A DNA stretch of 64,000 bases from Acidimicrobiales bacterium (GTDB lineage Bacteria; Actinomycetota; Acidimicrobiia; Acidimicrobiales; RAAP-2), in assembly GCA_036511495.1 (NCBI GenBank), contig DATCCC010000027.1, forward strand, positions 58,174 through 122,173. Direction: 5' to 3'. Every line of letters begins with the position of its first letter. Position 1 is the stretch's first letter. The translations under genes were made by a program, and so were the position numbers. Below the pieces are notes generated by a model. That model was given only the letters and a program-made list of their open reading frames with translations, was not told the origin of the DNA and ran no database searches. Of the stretch, positions 1 to 10,324 are shown piece by piece.

Positions 1-691
1 ACGCGGCGGCACCACTTTCTCGCAGTCGTCTCAGCAACGGCGTGGCGAATGGAAGCAACTCGTTGCGATACGGCTGATGAAGATAGTCGTCCATGGCTGA
101 AGCGACGAACTCGTGGTGATTGGCGAGACCGGCGATCAATAGTCCCATGGCGTTCAGATTGTGCACCGCGTCAACGAAGGGGACCTGGCTGGGCAGCACA
201 CGACGCGCGTCCTTGGTGGCGAGTTGTTCTTCGGGTACGACGACGACGAATCGCCACGCGTCGTCGAGGGGAAGTTGACGAGCGATGACGCCGTCGTGCG
301 CGGAGACGCTCGCAACCACCAGACCACCCAACACTGACGCCGCCGCGTTCTCCGCGTGCCCGTCGATCTCGGCACCCACCTCGAGGGGGCTCGATGCTTC
401 GGCGGCCGCGGCGGCGGCGACCGCGAGCGCCGCGGACGAGCCCAGTCCGCGCGAGAGCGGAATAGACGAGGTGACGCTCATCGCAAAGTTCGTGTGTCCC
501 AAAATGCCCTTTGCGACTTGAACGCCAAGGTGTCGCTCGTCGTCAAACTGACCCGCGCCACAGCCGTCACTCACGATGCTGAAAGTGTCGGCGAGTTCGA
601 GGGAGACCTCAACGTAGAGGCTGAGGGCCACGGCGAGAGTGTCAAAACCTGGCCCTAGGTTGGCCGAACTGGCGGGAACGCGCGCGAACAT
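1..691 (-). CDS. thrB: Homoserine kinase (3' end runs off the window)
   Basis: Not in the ORF track because it is open at the edge. Manual translation from ATG at 691 gives MFARVPASSANLGPGFD and the GHMP-kinase motif IPLSRGLGSSAA, plus DGHAENAAAS and DYLHQPYR. Confidence 0.92.
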   Translation of the reverse strand, partial: MFARVPASSANLGPGFDTLAVALSLYVEVSLELADTFSIVSDGCGAGQFDDERHLGVQVAKGILGHTNFAMSVTSSIPLSRGLGSSAALAVAAAAAAEASSPLEVGAEIDGHAENAAASVLGGLVVASVSAHDGVIARQLPLDDAWRFVVVVPEEQLATKDARRVLPSQVPFVDAVHNLNAMGLLIAGLANHHEFVASAMDDYLHQPYRNELLPFATPLLRRLRESGAAA

Positions 692-695
692 GACG

Positions 696-1919
696 TCAGC
701 GTAGGCGCTGGAGAAGTGTGGGAGGCGAAAGACTGCCGAACGCTCGCAACGTGAACGTGTGGCGTTTGACACCGTGAACAACCAGGTGACCAACAACTTC
801 ACCGCGACGAATGGTCGAAGTAAAACGGCGCACCGAGACGTGCACACGCACGTGGACTTGGGCCGGCCACCACCAGACTTCACGCCGTTGCGTCACGCCA
901 AAGGCAACGTGTCGTCCGTCCCAGCCCAATACACCCACGGCACGATTCGCTTCGAAGGTGTAATGCAGTTGACCCGACACCGCAGAGTCCGCCAAAGCCA
1001 ACGCGGCGTCCCCGGCAGGTCCTAAAAGATCACCACCTTGTTGTCCGAGCACGACGGCGTAAAGCACCCGGGTGGCCGCTCCGTCTTGAAACGTCATCGC
1101 CATGACGTCGCACCCGCCGGCTTCAGAAGTTCGACCCGACTTCACGCCAATCACGTTGTCGAATCCAACAAAGGGCGTGAACGATGCGACGACGCCGGCG
1201 ACGGGCAAGGTCACACTCTGTTGAAGAACGATGGATCGCACGAGTGGCGACTTCATGATCAACGTCGCGAGCTTGGCTTGATCGAGCGCGGTGGACACTG
1301 ACTCAGGCGAGAATCCAGAGACGTCGGCGTAGTGGGTACCGCTAAGACCGAGCGTCGCCGCGTCGTGGTTCATGTCGGCAATCAACTGCGTAGTCGAACC
1401 GGCCGCTAAGTTGGCCAACATTACGGCGAAGTTTCCCGCCGAGTGCACTAGCAGTCCATTCAATAGGTCGATCTCGCAGAGTTGTTCGCCTAGCACGACG
1501 GGCACACTCGATTCGTTGAGACTAGCCATTTCGTTGTAGGTCGTTACGTCCCCGCTCGTCACCACGTAACAAGGTCCAGTCGCACCGATGCCCAGCGGCA
1601 ATTTCTTCAGGACGACGTAGGCGGTCATCATTTTGGTCAAACTCGCGATGGGCACCACTTGGTCGTGGTGCGACTCGAGCACCCCGAGTGAGGGGATGTC
1701 GAGCGCGGCCGAACCAACGTTGGGCCACGCCAGTGGCGTCGACGCATTCGAGGCCGTCAGTCGAACCAAACTCACCTTGGCGCTCGAGAGTGGATGCAGT
1801 AGTGGTAGCTGCAGACCCACAATCAGAGCGGCCGCGACGATTAAACCCAAAACCATACCGACGAAACGGGTGAAGAGACCCCGAAAGCCCTGGCGACGTG
1901 AGGAAAATGGACGCGACAC
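696..1919 (-). CDS. D-alanyl-D-alanine carboxypeptidase (peptidase S11 family)
   Basis: N-terminal hydrophobic anchor; PIASLTKMMT (SxxK), HSAGNFA and GVKSGRT (KTG-like) motifs. Confidence 0.85.
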   Translation of the reverse strand: MSRPFSSRRQGFRGLFTRFVGMVLGLIVAAALIVGLQLPLLHPLSSAKVSLVRLTASNASTPLAWPNVGSAALDIPSLGVLESHHDQVVPIASLTKMMTAYVVLKKLPLGIGATGPCYVVTSGDVTTYNEMASLNESSVPVVLGEQLCEIDLLNGLLVHSAGNFAVMLANLAAGSTTQLIADMNHDAATLGLSGTHYADVSGFSPESVSTALDQAKLATLIMKSPLVRSIVLQQSVTLPVAGVVASFTPFVGFDNVIGVKSGRTSEAGGCDVMAMTFQDGAATRVLYAVVLGQQGGDLLGPAGDAALALADSAVSGQLHYTFEANRAVGVLGWDGRHVAFGVTQRREVWWWPAQVHVRVHVSVRRFTSTIRRGEVVGHLVVHGVKRHTFTLRAFGSLSPPTLLQRLR

Positions 1920-1922
1920 GTA

Positions 1923-4259
<2,337 letters not shown>

Positions 4260-4469
4260 AACCCTCTAACTTACTAACGACTGGTTGTTCTTTAAGGCCA
4301 ATCGGACGATTCACCCACTTACCGCACGACTCCGATACGCAGACCCGACTTAGGATGACGTCGTGTTCGCACGCTGCGCTGGACCAGAGCCCGAGCACGG
4401 CCCCAACGCGACGATCTACTTTTTGGCCACATCAAAAGTGGCCATCCATCAAGCACCCCGTCTCTCGCG

Positions 4470-6131
4470 GTGAGTCGTCTTTCTAACAGCGCCCCCCAGA
4501 TTCGTCTTTCCGTTCGCGCGGCGTTTTGTCTCAGCGCACCCCTCATTTTGGGTCTCATCATCAATCAGCGCTACTACGCGATTGTCTTTAGCATCGGTGC
4601 GCTGTGGGCCATTAGCCAAGACGGTTTAGACGAATGGCGAGTGCGAGGACCGCGACTCCTGTGGGTTGCCGTGGCCGCCGGCACGGGCGCAAACGTAGGA
4701 GCGTCGTTCATTGGTTTCGACAGCGCCGAGTGGGCCTTGACGGTGCTCTTTGGCGTGATGGCGCTCGTCGCCGGATTCGTCGAAGCCTCCAGCTGGGCCA
4801 CGCCAGGCGCCTACCTCCTCATTGGGACCATCGTCGGTGCCGGACTTCAGTTCAGCGGCAAAGTCTGGCAGTCGTGTGTAGCGATCGTTCTCGGCGCGCT
4901 CTCGGTGTATTTTCTCGCGGCTCTCACTGATTTCCGACGACGTCTGTCGAACCAACGGATTTTCCTCGCGTACGCCTTTGACGCGTTGGCCGATCTCGTC
5001 GAAACCGTCGGCACGTCACGCTTCTACAACGTGCGCGCGAAGGCCGTCGTCAGTCTCGACGCGGCTCAGGACGTCGTTGGAAGTAGCCGACTCCGCTCGG
5101 GGAGTGCCGAAGAGATCGCACTTCGCCAAAGTCTCATCGTTGCGCTGCGTAGCGGCGAGGTTGTGTCGTATCTCGAAGGAAAAGGTCTTGAGGCCGAGTC
5201 GACGGTGCCGGTCGCACTTCGCGGGATTGCCAGCGCCCTTCGCCACACGTCGGGAGTTGGAGCAAGTGCCGTCCTCCAAGACCTCCCAGCTCACTTCAAC
5301 ACCATCGCGGGCCTCGATCCCACGATCACCTCGGTTCTCGCCGTGAGCGATCTTTCGCAACTTCGTTCCTCGACGACTCGAGGTTCGTCGCGCGCGTCAA
5401 CGCGTGCGCGACTTCCCGGCGTCGAACGCGTTCGTTTCTCACTCATCCTGTCTCTGGCCATCGTCGTCGGCACCGTCATCGCCCAAGCCCTCGATGGCCC
5501 CCACGGCTTCTGGCTCCCACTCAGCGTGGCCTTCATTCTTCGACCCGACCTTGGCCCCATCATGAACCGGGCGCTGGCTCGCACCGTAGGCACAGTGATT
5601 GGTGTGGGCATCGCGGCATTCGTCGCGTGGACTGGCAACTCCATTACGGCGCTGATTGTGCTGTCCTGTGTGATGGCCGCCTCCGTCCCGTGGGCCGTCA
5701 AACGAAGTCACGTGCTGGCGGTGGTGACCTTTACGCCGATTGTCTTCGTCTTCTTGAGTCTTCTTGGCACCGATAAGTATCTGCTCGCCCCAAGGATCAT
5801 CGATACTGGACTCGGCGCGGCCATCGTCCTCGTCCTCGACATGTTTCTTTGGTCAACGGCGCCCTCACTTCGCCCGGCTCAACAACTCGAAAGGGCCCGC
5901 GGCGCCTCGGAACGTTACGGACGCGAAGCCTCGCGCGACGACGTCATCCGTCGCCACCTACTAAGACGTAGTGCCCTGCGCGCGGTGGCGAACGCCCGCA
6001 GTTCCCTGGCCCAGGCCAGAGCCGAACCCCATCCTCTGCGTCGACCGGACTCAACCACCGTCGCACAACTCGACGAGATTGAGGCTTCGATTGACGCCCA
6101 CACGGTGGCGATCTTAGAAGGAGCGACCTAG
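4470..6131 (+). CDS. FUSC-family (aromatic acid exporter-like) membrane protein
   Basis: Two TM clusters; the C-terminal one has HGFWLPLSVAFILRPD...RALARTVGTVIG and RIIDTGLG, typical of FUSC_2. Confidence 0.8.
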   Translation: MSRLSNSAPQIRLSVRAAFCLSAPLILGLIINQRYYAIVFSIGALWAISQDGLDEWRVRGPRLLWVAVAAGTGANVGASFIGFDSAEWALTVLFGVMALVAGFVEASSWATPGAYLLIGTIVGAGLQFSGKVWQSCVAIVLGALSVYFLAALTDFRRRLSNQRIFLAYAFDALADLVETVGTSRFYNVRAKAVVSLDAAQDVVGSSRLRSGSAEEIALRQSLIVALRSGEVVSYLEGKGLEAESTVPVALRGIASALRHTSGVGASAVLQDLPAHFNTIAGLDPTITSVLAVSDLSQLRSSTTRGSSRASTRARLPGVERVRFSLILSLAIVVGTVIAQALDGPHGFWLPLSVAFILRPDLGPIMNRALARTVGTVIGVGIAAFVAWTGNSITALIVLSCVMAASVPWAVKRSHVLAVVTFTPIVFVFLSLLGTDKYLLAPRIIDTGLGAAIVLVLDMFLWSTAPSLRPAQQLERARGASERYGREASRDDVIRRHLLRRSALRAVANARSSLAQARAEPHPLRRPDSTTVAQLDEIEASIDAHTVAILEGAT

Positions 6132-6184
6132 CGAGTTCAACGTTGTCACTCGGCGAAACCAACGCCCACCCCTAGGCTGTCGGG

Positions 6185-6958
6185 GTGACACAGCAACCCG
6201 ACGATACCTCTCGACAACTCGCGACGCGCTTGGGCGCGGTGGCGAGTCTCTGTGAAGTTGCCACCACCACTCAACTCAGTACCTCGGTCTACGAGGTCGT
6301 ACTGCGCGGCAACGCAGCGACGCTGGCCGGCGTACCGGGCAACGACGTCATGCTTCGCGTGAACGACGCACAGGGCCGCGCGGTGCGACGTCGCTACAGC
6401 GTGCGCGGTCTCGACAAGGCGAATGATACGTTCTCCCTCTGGCTCACGATTGACCACGAAGGGCCCGGCAGCACGTGGGTCAAGGACGCCAAGCCCGGAG
6501 ACCTCGTTGACGTCATTGGCCCTCGCGGAAAGATTCCTCTCGACCCACTGGCCGACTGGCACCTTTTTGTTGGCGACGCGAGTGGTTTCGCGGCCTTCTA
6601 TCGAATGGCTCAGAGCATCGAACTACCCGGTCGCGCGATCTTCATCGTTGAGATTGACGCTGCCGACGACGCACTCAGTTCCACCTTCGACGAAGGTCTC
6701 GGCGTGACCGGCATCTTCGTCGACCGTCGAGGTCGCGCACCCAGTGATCCGGCGGGCCTCTTGAGTGGTCTCGCCGCCTTCGCCCTGCCATCCGACGTTG
6801 GCCACGCCTATCTCTTTGGTGAGTTTCACGTGATGCGCACGCTGCAAAGCGCGCTGCTCGATCGCGGACTAAACCAAGAGCAGATCAGCCACAAGGCGTT
6901 TTGGCGAAGCGGGCGCAGCAACGCCGATCACGGCGAACCCGAGAAGTCCGAGCCCTAA
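6185..6958 (+). CDS. Siderophore-interacting protein (FAD-binding ferric reductase, ViuB/YqjH-like)
   Basis: RRYSVR FAD-binding motif, HEGPGSTW, IGPRG, GDASGFAA and C-terminal AFWR. Confidence 0.85.
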   Translation: MTQQPDDTSRQLATRLGAVASLCEVATTTQLSTSVYEVVLRGNAATLAGVPGNDVMLRVNDAQGRAVRRRYSVRGLDKANDTFSLWLTIDHEGPGSTWVKDAKPGDLVDVIGPRGKIPLDPLADWHLFVGDASGFAAFYRMAQSIELPGRAIFIVEIDAADDALSSTFDEGLGVTGIFVDRRGRAPSDPAGLLSGLAAFALPSDVGHAYLFGEFHVMRTLQSALLDRGLNQEQISHKAFWRSGRSNADHGEPEKSEP

Positions 6959-8613
6959 AGTACGAGGACGGCGGGCAAGATGACGGGTTGGCGACGATAA
7001 CGCTGACCGAGCAGTCGTCCAGCAGCGCGCTGGGCAACCTTCGAGAGCGACTCCGCGTCAAGGTTGCCCTCGGCGAGGGCTTCTTGGAGGGCGGCGCGTA
7101 CGGCACTCGTGAGATTGAGCAGCACTTCAGCGTCACTCGAACCCTCAAACCAACCCCTCGCGCTGATGGTCACCGGCTGGGCAATGGAGGCGCTCGCCCG
7201 ATCGACGCCGGCCGAAATCAACAGCACGCCGTACTCGGCCAACATCCGTCGCTCTTCGAGAGGACGTTCATCGAGGTCGCCGGCGCTGCCGTCAATGTAG
7301 TGAAAGCCGGCCGGCACCTTTCCCGTTCGATGGATCCCCTTGTCGTTGATCTCAATTTGATCACCGTCTTCACAGATCAACACGTGCTTTTGGCTGAGCC
7401 CCATAGAGACGGCCAGTTCGGCGTGATGGACCATATGACGGTACTCACCGTGCACGGGCACGAAGTTCCTCGGCCGAAGCAGTTGCTGGTAGGTACGAAG
7501 TTCTCCTTGGCGCGCGTGGCCCGACGCGTGCACCAGCTCGTGGCCCGAGTGAATCACTTCGGTCGCTTCGCGGTGCAGGTCATCGATCACTCGCCCAACG
7601 GACCACTCGTTGCCCGGGATGGGGTGAGAACTGAGAATGACCGTGTCGTCCGCGCCGACCTTGAAGTTTCGAGCGTCGCCGCGTGAGAGCTTCGAGAGCA
7701 CGGCTAAGGGCTCGCCCTGACTCCCGGTGCAGATAACGCATACTTCGCCCGGCGCGAAGCGACTGATGTTTTCCACGTCGATAATGTCGGCGCTGTCGAC
7801 GCGTAGCAGGTTAAGTTTTCTCGCCAACTTGACATTGGACTCCATTGATCGACCCATAAAGGCAATCTTGCGATGCGTGTCATGGGCGACGTCGGCGATC
7901 TGTTGAATGCGGTGGATGTGGCTGGCGAAACAGGCCACCACCATCCGCCGCGCCGGACGTTCGAGAAAGAGTCGACGCAACACGACGCCCACGCTGGCTT
8001 CGGAGGGCGTGAAGCCCGGCTCTTCGGCGTTCGTGGAGTCCGCGAGCAGCAGGGCCACTCCTTCGTCGCCCAACGCCGCGAGACGATTAATGTCCGTGCG
8101 CCGCCCATCGATTGGCGTGAGATCGAGTTTGAAGTCACCCGAGTGCACCACGATGCCGACCTTGGTGTGAAAGGCCAACGCGTGCGCGCTCGGCACCGAG
8201 TGGGTGACGGGTATGAACTCAACTTCGAAGGGTCCAATGCGACGGCGCTCGCCGTCGGCGACCTCGATAAAAGTTAGATCCTTCGCGACCTTGGCTTCGG
8301 TGAGGCGATGTCGAGCAAAACCCAGCGTCAAGGCCGATCCGTAGATTGGGACGTTGACGTCCTTGACGAGGTAGCGCAAAGCACCAGTGTGGTCTTCGTG
8401 ACCGTGCGTGAGGACGATTGCGTCCACTCGGTCGCGCCGCTCAATCAACCAACGAAAGTCGGGCAGAATAAGGTCAACGCCGTACATGGTCGGCTCGGGA
8501 AACATCAGTCCCGCGTCGACGACGACGATCCGCCCGTCTTGTTCTAAGGCGGCACAGTTGCGCCCAATTTCGCCGAGTCCGCCTAAAAAGGTAACGCGAA
8601 GTGTGTCAGCCAC
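6955..8613 (-). CDS. rnj: Ribonuclease J
   Basis: FLGGLGEIGRN; THGHEDH metallo-beta-lactamase motif; GSQGEP; HASGH; PVHGE. Confidence 0.96.
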   Translation of the reverse strand: MADTLRVTFLGGLGEIGRNCAALEQDGRIVVVDAGLMFPEPTMYGVDLILPDFRWLIERRDRVDAIVLTHGHEDHTGALRYLVKDVNVPIYGSALTLGFARHRLTEAKVAKDLTFIEVADGERRRIGPFEVEFIPVTHSVPSAHALAFHTKVGIVVHSGDFKLDLTPIDGRRTDINRLAALGDEGVALLLADSTNAEEPGFTPSEASVGVVLRRLFLERPARRMVVACFASHIHRIQQIADVAHDTHRKIAFMGRSMESNVKLARKLNLLRVDSADIIDVENISRFAPGEVCVICTGSQGEPLAVLSKLSRGDARNFKVGADDTVILSSHPIPGNEWSVGRVIDDLHREATEVIHSGHELVHASGHARQGELRTYQQLLRPRNFVPVHGEYRHMVHHAELAVSMGLSQKHVLICEDGDQIEINDKGIHRTGKVPAGFHYIDGSAGDLDERPLEERRMLAEYGVLLISAGVDRASASIAQPVTISARGWFEGSSDAEVLLNLTSAVRAALQEALAEGNLDAESLSKVAQRAAGRLLGQRYRRQPVILPAVLVL

Positions 8614-9502
8614 GAGTGTTCTTTAGTGACGTCACGATCTCGGCCGCCGAGCGGTCAAGATCGAGGTCACTTGGGGCGTGGGGTAAACGACACTCACCCA
8701 CGCTAAAGCCGAGCGCGCGCAACGCGGCCTTTGACGGCATGGGGTTCGGGTAGGCCTCAGAACTCTCGAAGGCGAAACTAGGCGCAGCGCGTTCGTAGAG
8801 CGCCTGCGCCTTCTCTAGCTTGCCCTTTTCAAAGGCCCGCACTATGCCCGCGACCTCCGGGCCAGCCCAGTGCGCGGCGACCGACACGATGCCCACGGCA
8901 CCGATGGCGAGGAATCCGAGCAGCATGGAGTCATCGCCGCTGTAGAGATCAAGCTCGTCACCCAAAACGGCCTTGGTGTGCGCGGCCGACACCAAGTCAC
9001 CAGAGGCGTCCTTCAAGGCCATGATGTTTTTGTGTTTCGTCACGAGATCAATAGTCGTCGCTGAGTGGATCTTTCTCCCGGTACGTATGGGAATGTCGTA
9101 GAGCATGACCTCAAGGGGCGTGCTCTCGGCGATAGCGCCCAGGTGCGCGGCGATACCTAGCTGATTGGGGCGAGCGTACGCCGGCGTGGTCGCCAGGACC
9201 CCGGCCGCGCCGGTCGCCTTGACCCGCGTGGTCAGTGCCACCGACTGCTGGGTATTGGCGAACGTGGAACCGGCCAGCACGGGCACGGTAACGGCTTCGG
9301 CGACGCAGGCAAAGAGGTTGAGTTTCTCCTCGTCACTCAGTGACGAACCTTCGCCGGTCGAACCAGCGACGACTAACCCATCACTGCCCTCGGCAACCAA
9401 AAATTTGGCCAACGTCGTCGCGACGTCGTAGTCCACTGATCCGTCGGAACCAAAGGGGGTGACCATAGCGGTCAAGACTCGTCCAAAACGAGGGGCACTC
9501 AT
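8606..9502 (-). CDS. dapA: 4-hydroxy-tetrahydrodipicolinate synthase
   Basis: TAMVTPF, GSTGE, LYDIPIRTG and KDASGD motifs. Confidence 0.95.
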   Translation of the reverse strand: MSAPRFGRVLTAMVTPFGSDGSVDYDVATTLAKFLVAEGSDGLVVAGSTGEGSSLSDEEKLNLFACVAEAVTVPVLAGSTFANTQQSVALTTRVKATGAAGVLATTPAYARPNQLGIAAHLGAIAESTPLEVMLYDIPIRTGRKIHSATTIDLVTKHKNIMALKDASGDLVSAAHTKAVLGDELDLYSGDDSMLLGFLAIGAVGIVSVAAHWAGPEVAGIVRAFEKGKLEKAQALYERAAPSFAFESSEAYPNPMPSKAALRALGFSVGECRLPHAPSDLDLDRSAAEIVTSLKNTRG

Positions 9503-9553
9503 GGTACGAAGTTACCAGCCGCCTCATCGACCGAGTTGAGAATGACGCAGTCC

Positions 9554-10324
9554 CTATGGAATCAGTGAGGCAATACCGTCAAGAAACCCAGGCGTCGCGT
9601 CAATCGCGTTCGCGGCCAGCGCGACGCCGTGCACGAAACTCTGTCGATCAAACGAGTCGTGGCGAATGGTGAGACCCTCGCCTTCGGAACCAAAGAGAAT
9701 CTCTTGATGCGCGACGAGACCGGGAAGTCGCACGGAATGAATCTTGATCCCGTCAACGGCGTCGGCGCCACGGGCGCCTTCAATGGTTCGCCGTTCGGTG
9801 AGATCGTCGAGTGGCCCTAGTCCGGCCTTATTGCGAGCGCTCGCTACTGCCTTGGCCGTCGTGATCGACGTACCCGAGGGCGCGTCAACCTTTTTGTCGT
9901 GATGAAGTTCGATAATCTCCACCCGCTCAAAGTACGGTGCGGCCACGGCGGCGAAACGCTCAGAAAGCACCGCACCGATCGAGAAGTTGGACGCCATCAC
10001 GACGCCCACTTTCGAGGAGGCCTTTTCGACCACGCTGCGTTGTTCCGGCGAGAGACCCGTCGCGCCCACCACCAGTGCGACCCCATTGTTTTCGCACCAC
10101 GCCGCCGATTTCGCTACACCTTCGGGCGAGGAGAAGTCGATCACCACGTCAACTCGCCTCGCGTCAAGATCAGACAGTGACGTCGCGTACGTGCCACCAA
10201 AGAGTTCCTGGGGTTCACGCTCGTCAATCAACGCGAAGATGAAGAACTGCTCGAGCGCGCCGAGGCCCGCTCCCAGAGCTTGACCCATACGACCCGCTCC
10301 ACCGACGATGGCCAGTGACTTCAC
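9554..10324 (-). CDS. dapB: 4-hydroxy-tetrahydrodipicolinate reductase
   Basis: GGAGRMG; ELHHDKKVDAPSGT; HSVRLPG. Confidence 0.96.
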   Translation of the reverse strand: MKSLAIVGGAGRMGQALGAGLGALEQFFIFALIDEREPQELFGGTYATSLSDLDARRVDVVIDFSSPEGVAKSAAWCENNGVALVVGATGLSPEQRSVVEKASSKVGVVMASNFSIGAVLSERFAAVAAPYFERVEIIELHHDKKVDAPSGTSITTAKAVASARNKAGLGPLDDLTERRTIEGARGADAVDGIKIHSVRLPGLVAHQEILFGSEGEGLTIRHDSFDRQSFVHGVALAANAIDATPGFLDGIASLIP

